The notes: a model not told the origin generated them from the sequence alone. DNA of 24,000 nt from Dethiosulfatarculus sandiegensis (GCF_000931935.2 NZ_AZAC01000027.1:7194-31193), one strand, 5' to 3'; shown: positions 10,058 to 19,127, counted from the first letter of the stretch. Program-made: numbers and translations.

Positions 10058-10485
10058 TTGAGTGCGGTAACCGTGGTCCCTACGCCTGGAGATGACTCAA
10101 GGCTGAACTCATCCATGATTCTTTTTACGCTGGGCAACCCAAGTCCCAGGCCGGCGCCTCCACTGAAATGATCTTGCATGGCCTGTTCAATATCATGAAT
10201 CCCGGGGCCGGAATCCCGGGCGACCACCTCAATGCCCTCTCGCTCGCCTTCCATGATAATTCTTATGATCACTTGCCCGCGACCGGCATAACGCAAAATG
10301 TTGGTGGCCAGTTCCGAAACAGCCGAAGCTATCAAGAACTGCCGGTTTTTTTCAAAACCCATGTCGCGGGTAATGCTCCGAGCCGCGCTGACCGTAGTTG
10401 CGATGTCCGAAGGCTCAAACAGGTTGATCAAGGTCTCGTCAATAACCCGGGATCGATTCGTCAATCTGCCTCTCAATGGGGTCAT
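10045..10485 (-). CDS. rsbT: RsbT-like serine kinase (GHKL anti-sigma-type ATPase)
   Basis: N-box ASAVSELATNILRYA, G1 VARDSGPGIHD, G2 GGAGLGLGLPSVKRIMDEF. ATG at 10485 (MTPLRGRL...) is the more plausible start; the ORF track extends it to 10539. Confidence 0.9.
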   Translation of the reverse strand: MTPLRGRLTNRSRVIDETLINLFEPSDIATTVSAARSITRDMGFEKNRQFLIASAVSELATNILRYAGRGQVIIRIIMEGEREGIEVVARDSGPGIHDIEQAMQDHFSGGAGLGLGLPSVKRIMDEFSLESSPGVGTTVTALKWRN

Positions 10486-10912
10486 TTTCCTCTTCCTGCG
10501 TATTATGATCCTCAAGATCTTCTTCTGTAGGATTTTCACTTTGGGAATCGCCGCGCAAAATCTCCAATCCGTCTTTCATGGTCAGGGCGGTTTCCAAGTC
10601 ATCCAACTCTATATCCAGGTCCACCAGGGCCGAAGCAACGCCGGCCTGGAAACCCACAAAAACGGCTCTTTTCCCCAACAGCTTGATCATGCGGAAGGTC
10701 TGGGCCAGTAACCCGAAGAGCACCGAATCAAGCAATCGCACCCGGGAAACGTCCAGCACCACGCCGCTTAAGGGTATTTTTTCCACCTTGGCCAGCACCT
10801 GCTCCCGTAACATCTGAAGTTCACGATCATCCGGCTCAGCGTTAACCGAAGCAACCAGACAGTCATCCACCACATGCATGCCGTCGCCGTTATGGGAAAT
10901 GACTTTCGACAT
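10439..10912 (-). CDS. rsbS: RsbS-like STAS-domain scaffold protein with acidic C-terminal extension
   Basis: 157 aa; STAS core GVVLDVSRVRLLDSVLFGLLAQTFRMIKLLGKRAVFVGFQAGVASALVDLDIEL with the conserved DS at the RsbS phosphosite position. Confidence 0.88.
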   Translation of the reverse strand: MSKVISHNGDGMHVVDDCLVASVNAEPDDRELQMLREQVLAKVEKIPLSGVVLDVSRVRLLDSVLFGLLAQTFRMIKLLGKRAVFVGFQAGVASALVDLDIELDDLETALTMKDGLEILRGDSQSENPTEEDLEDHNTQEEENDPIERQIDESIPGY

Positions 10913-10977
10913 ATTGAGGGTTACTCTCCCGATTCTTCAGGTTTGAAAGGTGCAACCGCCAGGCCAAAGGTCAAAAG

Positions 10978-11790
10978 TTACCTGGTGCTGATTTCGTAAT
11001 TCAACATTTTAAAGGCATCCAAAAGGGCGTCTTCCAGGGTTGAGTTGGTGGACACCTCGCCCAGGCTTATGCCCAGCTCCACCAGGGTCTCCGCCACCTG
11101 GGCGGATATGCCTGAGATAATACAGCGGCAACCCATTAATTTTGTGGCCTTGGTTATTTTGATCAGATGGTTGGCCACGGCGGTGTCCACTGCGGCAACT
11201 CCCTGGATGTCCAGGATAATTACCTTGGAAGCGGTTTCGGTGATCTTGGTCAGCATGGCGTTCATCATCTGCTGGGCCCGCATGGAGTCCACTACTCCCA
11301 CCACGGGCAAGACCACTATGCGATCCCACAGCTTAATCGCCGGAGTGGATATTTCCTGGATAGTCCGGCTCTGCTCCTTAAGTTTTTTCTCCGCCCGCAG
11401 CCTTTCGGTGATGTCGAGGATATACTCCAGCCCGCCGACGACCGCTCCGCTCCCATCTCTGAGCGAGGCGGCGGTGTACTCAATTGGTATCTTGCGGCCG
11501 TTGATGTTGGCTTCGCTTAGGGCCGTACTCCTTTGGCCGGTTTCCATGGCCTCCTTCATGCGGCATTCCTGGTTGCCGCAATGAGTAGAATTCATCAAGG
11601 ACTTGCAAGGGGCTCCCTTGATCTGCTCCCAGGGCTTGCCCAGCATGACCCGGCCTGCTGCGTTCATGAATATCACGTGCAGGTTCCGGTCAACAGCCAT
11701 CACCGGCGTTGGTATCTGCTCTATAAGAGTCAACGCCAGCTCACTATTCATCTCTTCTTTGGCTATGGGATTTTTTATTGTCATCGCCAT
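10978..11790 (-). CDS. rsbR: RsbR-like stressosome protein: N-terminal PAS and C-terminal STAS
   Basis: 270 aa; PAS (IPTPVMAVDRNLHVIFMNAAGRVMLGK...GGLEYILDITERLRAEK), linker ISTPAIKLWDRIVVLPVVGVVDSMRAQQM, STAS VIILDIQGVAAVDTAVANHLIKITKATKLMGCRCIISGISAQVAETLVELGI. Confidence 0.92.
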   Translation of the reverse strand: MAMTIKNPIAKEEMNSELALTLIEQIPTPVMAVDRNLHVIFMNAAGRVMLGKPWEQIKGAPCKSLMNSTHCGNQECRMKEAMETGQRSTALSEANINGRKIPIEYTAASLRDGSGAVVGGLEYILDITERLRAEKKLKEQSRTIQEISTPAIKLWDRIVVLPVVGVVDSMRAQQMMNAMLTKITETASKVIILDIQGVAAVDTAVANHLIKITKATKLMGCRCIISGISAQVAETLVELGISLGEVSTNSTLEDALLDAFKMLNYEISTR

Positions 11791-11871
11791 GTTCCTTTTA
11801 GTGATATTAGGCCGTTTATAGGGATCACGAGGGCGGCCCTTTTACGCAAAACTCCATCCGCCTCCGTGGCT

Positions 11872-14800
11872 CTAATTTGCTATCTTATATTTTTTCGGCA
11901 GCCCCCCGACCTTAAGTAGCTCATTTATTTCTTCCTTCAGGGAAATCATCATCTCTTCTCTCCCCACCATCAGACGGCTGAAGCGCTCCAACTCGCCTAA
12001 ATTGCGCCGCAACTCCTCCTCGGCTTTCTTTTGTACGGTCACGTCCATGATCGTACCCACCATGCGAGTCACCAGGCCGTTATCATCATACTCAACTGCC
12101 TTGCCTTTACTTACCTGCCAGCGCAGCTCCCCCGATCCCAGGACCACCCGGTAGGTGACCTCATAATTGTCCCGCCCTCCCCGGCGGTACTTGTCCATCA
12201 TTTCGTCCATCATCCGGCGGTCGTCTTGATGAACGGCATCCCGCCAGAAGCGGTAGGGGTCTTCCAACTCCTCCAGGTCCACCTTCATCAGCTCGGCCCA
12301 GCGTCTATCCACCAGGATTTGGCTGGCCTGCAGGTCGGCGTCCCATATCCCCAGGTTGCCGCCCTCCAAGGCCAGATCAAGCCTTTGCTTGTTTTCCCGT
12401 ACACTAAGCTCCGCCTTTTTTTGGGCGCTGATGTCTGCAACCATGGCAAAGGAACCCGTCTTCCGGCCTGAATCGTCCAGAAAGGGGGTGGCATTGAACA
12501 GACAGGGGATCAGGACGCCGTCGGGCCTTGAAATGGATATCTCGTAGGCGGTTTCTTTCTGTTTTTCCCGTAGAGCCAGTTGCTTTTTTAAAATTTGCAG
12601 GTTTTCCTTGTCATAGAAATCAAAGATATGTCTATCCACAACCTGATCCCTGGGTCTTCCCAGTATGCGGCACATGGCCTCATTGACGTCTTTGGTATAG
12701 CCTTGGTTGTCTATGAACCAAAATCCGTCCAGAGCCGTTCCCAGGATTTTTTTCATGTAGTTTTCGCTGGCCTTGAGGGCGTTTTCCGCCTCTTTTCGCT
12801 CTGTAAAATCATGGGCGCTGGTGCGGAAGCCGGTGAACACTCCCTTATCATCAAAAACCGGGTTCCAGGAAATGGCCACCCACACCTGAAGCCCGTCCCT
12901 ACGTACAACCCGGAAGGGCAGGTCATTAGAGACTTTGCCGTCCAAGGCATGCTCCAAGCTGTCCCGCCAGGTCTGGTGGTCGTCAGGATGGATAAGAGGC
13001 AGGGGGTAGTCTCCCATGGCTTTGCATTCCTCGACCGAATAGCCGGTGATGCGTTCCACTGCCGGGTTGAGCCAGATCAAGCGGCCTTGTGCATCATGCC
13101 ACCCCTCCCAGTCATAGGTGTAGTCGGCGATGATGCGGAATTCATCCTGGGAGCGGCGCAAGGCATCCTCGGCCGCCTTGCGTTCTGTTATGTCGCGCAC
13201 CGTCCCCACTGCGTACCATTTTTCATCGAGCTGGAAGGAGGAGAGGGTAACCTCTACCGGGAATTCCTCGCCTCTGCGGTTACGGGCGGTGATTTCCGTG
13301 GTCTTGCCAAGCACCGGGCCCTGGCCGGTCTCGGCAAAGTGCTTTAAGCCGACGGCTATCTTGTTTCGGTACTTTTCCGGCGCGGCCATGTCATGGAAGG
13401 ACATGCCCTTGGCCTCTTCGGTGTTATAACCGAAGAGCCTCTCGGCGGCTGGATTCCAAAACAGCATCTTGCCATTACTGTCAATCATGACCAGGGCGTC
13501 CTCCACCGCTTGGCTCATGGCCATGACCATGCGTTGGTTGGCCAAGTTTTCCTGCTCGGCAAGCTTACGCTCTGTTATGTCCAGGATAAAACCATTGAAG
13601 ATAAGGCCATCGGCGGCGCTGGTGGGAAAGCCATTTAGCCTCACCCATTTAATCTCTCCGTCGGGCAGGAGGATGCGGCCCTCAAAATTGATGCTTTTTT
13701 CCTGCTCGACCGCTTGCTGAAAATTATTTTCGAGCCGTTTTCTATCATCCTGGTGGATTACCAGCAGGCGCTCTTCGTTTATAATCACCTCGGCCGGTGC
13801 TCCAAAGAACTCACTGGCCTGTTGGTTGAGATAGATGTATTTTCGTTTTCCATTGAAGGGAACATGCAGCTGAAATATCGCTCCCGGCACGTTGGCGGCC
13901 ATGGAAGTGAACCGTTCTTCCGCCTTTTTACGTTCAGCCACCTCTCCTGCGATCCGCCGGTTCCAGGCTATGACCACGGCCAGGATAAGGGCAAATACGA
14001 GAGCCGCCAGACCGCCCACTCGCGCCACATCTCCCCAGTCAAGCTGCCTGACCACCCTGATCTTCAGCCACTTTTCATAGATTAATGCTTTCTCTTTCTC
14101 GTCGAAACCGGGCAGAAATTTGTCCAGGATACTGACCAGCTCCGGCCAATCCTTACGGACTCCAATGGAAATTTTGTAGGTATAGGGAGATGTCGCGGCA
14201 ACCTTGAGGTTTTTGATGCCTTCTTTTCTTTTTACGAATTCCAAGGAAGCAACCGTTCCCACGGCGGCCATGGCCTCGCCGTCCGCGACCATGCGAAACG
14301 CCTCCGTCATGTTGTCGGTCAGCTTTAATCTTAATTCGGGGCGCTCCTTGGCGATAAATTGTTGGACGGCGTAACCTTTGCCTAAGGCAATAGTTTTCCC
14401 TTTTAAAGATGCAAGCCCCGAAACTATCGGCGCGTCATCTCTTGTGATAATCACCAGGGGGGCTTTGAAATAAGGTTTGGTGAAATTAAGATATTCTTCC
14501 CGTTCCTTGGTGTGAACAATCGATGAAACTGCATCCACGCGCTTGGCTTTGGCTTCATCAAGCATCTGATTCCAGGTAAGGCCCTTGACGGGTGAAAGTT
14601 CAATATTTAGTTGGCGGCTTAAAATGCGGATGTAATCAGAGCAAATACCCGCGTAATCTCCCTGACCGTCAAAGTATTCGAATGGGACCCAGGTTGGGTG
14701 CACGCCGAGTCGAATTTTTTTGTGATCCTTTATAAAGGCCTTTTCTTTGGCTGTAAGCTGGGTCTGGCTTATTCCTTGGTCTTTTAGCTCAACCCATTGC

Positions 14801-17022
14801 TGTCGAGTGTTCTTTACCTCCCTGGTGGTCAAATCACCCAAGGCCCTGTCTATAATAGCGGCCAGTTGAGGCCAGTCCTTACGCACTCCGATGGTTAAAA
14901 CCGAGCCCACTGAATCGCGCCGACCCTGGATTTGTAAATTGGAAATCAATTCTTTATTGATTATCCAAGAGGCCACGGCCCGGTTTCCCACATAAGCATC
15001 GGCCCGGCCTCGGGACACGGCATCCAGGGCCATGGCGGTGTTTGGGTATTCAACAATTTTTATTTGGCCGGGGTATTTTTTCTTGAAAGCCTTTACAGTC
15101 CCAAAGCCCTTTTCAAGAGCCAGGGTTTTGCCTTTCAAGTCTTCTTCCTTTTCATAATAGGGGCTTTCTTTACGGGCCACTATGACGTGGGGTATGTTCA
15201 GGTAGGGTCTGGTGAAGTTAAGGTATTTTTTACGCTCCGGCTTGGGTGTCACGTCCATGATTGCGTCTATTTCCTTATCCCTTGCCATGGCGAGATTAGT
15301 TTTAAAAGGCCCGGGCACAATTTCGAATATATCTCCGAGCCTCTCGCTCAATAGCTTCAGATAGCCAATATCAATACCGCTGGGTTTGCCTGAGGCAGAC
15401 AGAAAAGTGATCGGGGGCCAGGCATTCATGACCCCAATGCTGATTTTAGGATGTTGGGCCAGCCATTTTTTTTCCTGGGCAGATAATGTAAAGCGAGGGG
15501 CGCTATCTGCCTTTAGAGCTTTGATGGGCAGCCAGCGAAATTTCAGAGCCTGTATGTCTTCCCTTGATATTGCGTTGAGACCCTTTTGCAAAATATCACG
15601 CAATATGGATTGGTCTTTCAAGGTGGCCATGTGAAGCCTGGTTGCCTCGGGCTTCTCAAGTGACACTTCATCGACAATTTTCAAAGAGGGGATAACATTT
15701 TCCCCAAGTAAATACGTGATGACGCCCAGGCTGCCGATAAATGCGTCCGCTTTTCCCAAGGAAACAGCCTTCAGGCCGTCCAGGACATTATCCGCCTTGA
15801 CGGTTTTTATTTCCCGATGTCCTTTTGTTATGACCCTGGAAATGGAAAAGTCTTCCACTATGGCGAGTTTTTTCCCCGCGAGGTCTTCCAGCCTTCTGAT
15901 ATCCGGGGTTTTTTCATGCACAACCAATACCGAGGGATTGGCAGCGTAATAATTGCTCAGTGCGAATTCACGCTCCCTTTCCGCTGTCTTGTATATGGCA
16001 GGGAGAATGTCTATTTTTTTAGCTCTGAAATCCTTTAACAATTCGGCCCAGGTCAGTCCGTAGACAAATTTTAGCCTTAGCCCCACCTTTTGAGCCGCCA
16101 GGCGCAGCAGGTCATTGGAATAGCCCGTGGGGTTGCCGCTTAGTACGAAGTCAAAGGGAGGCCAGTCTGTTTCAGCGCCGACCACCACCGGGGTCTTTCT
16201 TTCGGTCAGCCATTTCCTTTCCGCTTGGCTGAGAGTAACCTCTGTTTCATCCTTGGCTAAATACCGAGGAAACTGTCTGTTCTTAATGGTTAGAATTTCT
16301 TTTGGGGAAATGGCGGCCAAGCCTTTGTTGACCTGGCCCAGCAGTGTGGGGCGATCCTTGGCAACCCCGGCCAATAGGGGATCTTTTGAAAATGGTGTTG
16401 CGCCTTTGATTATTTTTTCGCTTAAGCCCATTTGTGTAAGGAGCGCCTGGAAGGAAATTGCTTCAGCCGCCACGGCCCTGACCTCGCCTTGGTCCAATGC
16501 GCGGGCCAGTTGTTCCGGGGCGGCTATTTGCCTAAAGGCAATGTCAGGGTGTTTTTGAGTCAAAAGGCCTATGAAAAAGGAATCCTTGAGCACTGCCACA
16601 TCTTTGCCGGTCAACTCGGATGGCGCCACCGGGCCGCCCTTTTTGAGATAGAACAGACTGGTGTTAAAGGTGAACAAAGGTTTGGAAAAGTTCAGCCACT
16701 TGATCATGTAGGGTTCGCGCACAAGCCCACCGTGGATATCCGCCCGGCCGTCGCCCACCATGCGCAGAGTCTCGCCATAGGGCGCGGAGACGAACTCCAC
16801 CTTTATGCCCGTTTTTTCCGACCACAACCGCCAGATGTCCACCAGCCATCCCCGGGCCCGGCCTTTGTCGTCCAGTGTGCAAAAGGGCGGGTAATCATCA
16901 CAGATGGCCACATTCAACGAAATAAATTTTTTGGGGGCGCCATGGGCCGGGTCAGAAAGCGCGCACAGGCAAATCCAGACAGCCAGGGTTACTGCCAGGC
17001 TCCCTGTTAAAAATGCTTTCAT
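11872..17022 (-). CDS. Very large membrane sensor: signal peptide, four tandem SBP_bac_3-like (VFT) domains, one TM helix, five PAS domains, no kinase or other catalytic domain
   Basis: 1716 aa. VFT starts: SLNVAICDDYPPFCTLDDKG, VVVGAETDWPPFDFVLSG, ISIGVMNAWPPITFLSASG, IRLGVHPTWVPFEYFDGQG. TM VGGLAALVFALILAVVIAWNRR. PAS/PAC ends GFILDITERKLAEQE, GTVRDITERKAAEDA, SAHDFTERKEAENA, AMVADISAQKKAEL, GTIMDVTVQKKAEEE. Ends ELERFSRLMVGREEMMISLKEEINELLKVGGLPKKYKIAN*. Confidence 0.93.
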   Translation of the reverse strand: MKAFLTGSLAVTLAVWICLCALSDPAHGAPKKFISLNVAICDDYPPFCTLDDKGRARGWLVDIWRLWSEKTGIKVEFVSAPYGETLRMVGDGRADIHGGLVREPYMIKWLNFSKPLFTFNTSLFYLKKGGPVAPSELTGKDVAVLKDSFFIGLLTQKHPDIAFRQIAAPEQLARALDQGEVRAVAAEAISFQALLTQMGLSEKIIKGATPFSKDPLLAGVAKDRPTLLGQVNKGLAAISPKEILTIKNRQFPRYLAKDETEVTLSQAERKWLTERKTPVVVGAETDWPPFDFVLSGNPTGYSNDLLRLAAQKVGLRLKFVYGLTWAELLKDFRAKKIDILPAIYKTAEREREFALSNYYAANPSVLVVHEKTPDIRRLEDLAGKKLAIVEDFSISRVITKGHREIKTVKADNVLDGLKAVSLGKADAFIGSLGVITYLLGENVIPSLKIVDEVSLEKPEATRLHMATLKDQSILRDILQKGLNAISREDIQALKFRWLPIKALKADSAPRFTLSAQEKKWLAQHPKISIGVMNAWPPITFLSASGKPSGIDIGYLKLLSERLGDIFEIVPGPFKTNLAMARDKEIDAIMDVTPKPERKKYLNFTRPYLNIPHVIVARKESPYYEKEEDLKGKTLALEKGFGTVKAFKKKYPGQIKIVEYPNTAMALDAVSRGRADAYVGNRAVASWIINKELISNLQIQGRRDSVGSVLTIGVRKDWPQLAAIIDRALGDLTTREVKNTRQQWVELKDQGISQTQLTAKEKAFIKDHKKIRLGVHPTWVPFEYFDGQGDYAGICSDYIRILSRQLNIELSPVKGLTWNQMLDEAKAKRVDAVSSIVHTKEREEYLNFTKPYFKAPLVIITRDDAPIVSGLASLKGKTIALGKGYAVQQFIAKERPELRLKLTDNMTEAFRMVADGEAMAAVGTVASLEFVKRKEGIKNLKVAATSPYTYKISIGVRKDWPELVSILDKFLPGFDEKEKALIYEKWLKIRVVRQLDWGDVARVGGLAALVFALILAVVIAWNRRIAGEVAERKKAEERFTSMAANVPGAIFQLHVPFNGKRKYIYLNQQASEFFGAPAEVIINEERLLVIHQDDRKRLENNFQQAVEQEKSINFEGRILLPDGEIKWVRLNGFPTSAADGLIFNGFILDITERKLAEQENLANQRMVMAMSQAVEDALVMIDSNGKMLFWNPAAERLFGYNTEEAKGMSFHDMAAPEKYRNKIAVGLKHFAETGQGPVLGKTTEITARNRRGEEFPVEVTLSSFQLDEKWYAVGTVRDITERKAAEDALRRSQDEFRIIADYTYDWEGWHDAQGRLIWLNPAVERITGYSVEECKAMGDYPLPLIHPDDHQTWRDSLEHALDGKVSNDLPFRVVRRDGLQVWVAISWNPVFDDKGVFTGFRTSAHDFTERKEAENALKASENYMKKILGTALDGFWFIDNQGYTKDVNEAMCRILGRPRDQVVDRHIFDFYDKENLQILKKQLALREKQKETAYEISISRPDGVLIPCLFNATPFLDDSGRKTGSFAMVADISAQKKAELSVRENKQRLDLALEGGNLGIWDADLQASQILVDRRWAELMKVDLEELEDPYRFWRDAVHQDDRRMMDEMMDKYRRGGRDNYEVTYRVVLGSGELRWQVSKGKAVEYDDNGLVTRMVGTIMDVTVQKKAEEELRRNLGELERFSRLMVGREEMMISLKEEINELLKVGGLPKKYKIAN

Positions 17023-17771
17023 GACAACCTCATGGGTCTAATTGCACCATATTTATGTATGGTTGGGCAAGCCTTCTTACTATTTAATCTCTTTGTTTAG
17101 TAGGTTTTCGTTTTAAGCAAGCCAAACTTCCTCCCAGACTGATACGTCGGGCACCCCAAGTAGGGGATAAAGGGCTAATGAGATACCCCCTGATTGTTAT
17201 CTGGCTGGACAGGAGGCAGGCGGGTTGCGTTGCCCGATATCGAGGGCAGGGCCAACGCCTCCGGCATACTGCTAATCTTGCTATAGCTTCGCAACGGTCT
17301 GCCCGAGGTTGCAATCGGCCTGCACCTTTATTTATGGAGAAGCGAACCTCCTGGCTAGCAATCTGGAACCCGCTTGGTCGAGCGGGGTGGACTGGCTCAA
17401 TGTATCCCTTGAGGGCTGGGGCGGTTGCCCGTTTTTATCCGGCTCTCCCCTTTAAACCTTTTCAGTTGGCAAACAATGTAATTTTTAAAGGAAAAGGGAA
17501 TTGAACCGGGCATTGATCCGGTTAAGCTCAGAAAAGCGGGCAATCGGCGGAGATATATCCTTGGTCCAGAATCAAATGTCTTCCAGGTTAGCCACCTATG
17601 AGTATGAAAAATTAAATTAACTTCCCGTTTGGTACGTTTTCTCTTAAAAACAATGTGGCTGGTTTTTCGGTTTTACTACTATAAAATCAATTATATAAGC
17701 ATGTTAGGTAAAGGGTTCCAGTGACTCATTTTTTTGTAAATACTTCCCGTATGGGCGCGTGGGTCAGAAAT

Positions 17772-18406
17772 ATGGAACTCCGGGTCTTGTTAGAGATCAG
17801 CTGTATTATCGGTGAGACACTCAATCTGTCTCAAAGCCTGGAGCGGGTGTTGGGCATTATGTCCGGCACCCTGGCCATGAAACGCGCCACAGTCACCTTG
17901 CGGGATCCCCGCAGCGTCGGACTGCCCATCTTATGCCTCCCAAGGCCTCGGCGTGGAAAAAATGAAGGGCGGGGTGTACAGCCCATGGCGGGGGCGTCAC
18001 CGGCGGCCGCATATTTGAGACCGCCCACCCCTTTTATGTTCCGGATGTAAGCCGCGAGCCGCTCTTCTTGAATAAAACCCAGTCCCGCGATCTGGATAAA
18101 GGCAAGGTGGCCTTTGTGGGGGCGCCGATTTTCCTCAAGGGCGAGTCCATTGGAGTCCTGAATGTGGACTGTCTTTTTGGCGAGGAGATCTCCGACTGCC
18201 GTAACGTGCTGGTAAGCGGTATTGGCGAGGCCCCCGTGCACTGTTGGACGGTTATGGGGGTGGAGCCTTTGGAAGTTACCGGTTCTATAGAAGAAGCTTT
18301 GAGATTTATCTATACCGGGGATGACTTGTTGGCCATGCGGGTGCGTAAGGCCAAGGTCTGCTCCGTTTAAAAATTGGGGCGGGCCGGCGGTATGGGTTGC
18401 ATGTAG
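17772..18406 (+). pseudogene. Degraded NifA-type GAF domain joined to a NifB-like C-terminal fragment (putative nifA/nifB deletion remnant)
   Basis: Frame A: MELRVLLEISCIIGETLNLSQSLERVLGIMSGTLAMKRATVTLRDP. Frame B: ASQGLGVEKMKGGVYSP. Frame C: GGGVTGGRIFETAHPFYVPDVSREPLFLNKTQSRDLDKGKVAFVGAPIFLKGESIGVLNVDCLFGEEISDCRNVLVSGIGEAPVHCWTVMGVEPLEVTGSIEEALRFIYTGDDLLAMRVRKAKVCSV*KLGRAGGMGCM*. The first part matches the NifA GAF pattern as I remember it. The DCRNVLVSGIGE...IEEAL...YTG part matches the NifB C-terminal pattern. No alignment was run. Confidence 0.6.
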
Positions 18407-18636
18407 ATCGGCTTGGGAGAAGAGAATTTTTAGCTGAAGGCCACCGGTAATGCTGGTAGTGAGCAGGTTGTGACAGGGCGATGAACCCCCAAACGCTTCA
18501 TCCGACAACAGGAAAATAAACCCGCAGTTTTAATATGCAGCGAGCTTGAATTTGGTCTGCTCTTTTAATTTTAAAAATACTATTTCTCCGGTTAAGTGGT
18601 CGGTAAATTACATTTTTGAAAAACTGGGAGATGAAA

Positions 18637-19113
18637 CTATTTTTTTCTTGAAATTAGTTCAATGATTTTTTTGGTGTTTCTACTACTCAGGTAAATAGTT
18701 GTTAAGAATAGGCAAAAAGCAGTGCCAACTGTAACAAGCATGGCCACGCTCAAGTTGCGGTTTTTTGCTGTTCTGGTTTTTTTTTCAGGTTTCACCGAAA
18801 AACCATTTCTAGGTGGAATGCCTTTTTTCAGTGTTATATGTTCAGGTCCGACGTTGAGCATAATCTGATACGGTTCCTTGGGTATGGCAACGGTCAATTC
18901 ACCTTCTTGTGGCAGTCTTTTTTCGAAAAGTTTTTTGCCGGATATTTCGGAAACCAGCCTTACCATGGCACCAACGGCACGCGCCCCTGTGTCCAGCTTT
19001 CCGATAATGGTAATGCTGTCATTATTGTTATTAATTACGCTCAAATTTAATGAATGCGCAAAAACAGTAAACGGAGTCATTAATATAAGAAATGAAAATA
19101 GTAGCTTTTTCAT
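18637..19113 (-). CDS. Exported or membrane-anchored small protein (signal peptide, C-terminal TM), possible metal-transport accessory protein
   Basis: 158 aa; MKKLLFSFLILMTPFTVFAHSLNLSV signal peptide-like N-terminus, C-terminal TM LSVAMLVTVGTAFCLFLTTIYLS. 14 nt downstream of the PepSY-like gene. Confidence 0.65.
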   Translation of the reverse strand: MKKLLFSFLILMTPFTVFAHSLNLSVINNNNDSITIIGKLDTGARAVGAMVRLVSEISGKKLFEKRLPQEGELTVAIPKEPYQIMLNVGPEHITLKKGIPPRNGFSVKPEKKTRTAKNRNLSVAMLVTVGTAFCLFLTTIYLSSRNTKKIIELISRKK

Positions 19114-19127
19114 TTGGCAATATCCTT

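Noticed and set aside
12595-13347. 250-aa plus-strand ORF
   Set aside because: Antisense shadow of the PAS region of the 1716-aa sensor; no recognisable domain.
17084-17504. Short overlapping ORFs on both strands upstream of the large sensor (17084..17314 -, 17178..17504 +)
   Set aside because: No domain signatures and conflicting frames; more likely promoter/intergenic DNA or unrecognisable decay.
17831-18508. 225-aa minus-strand ORF
   Set aside because: Antisense to the NifA/NifB-like relic. The plus strand carries recognisable protein signatures and this ORF does not.
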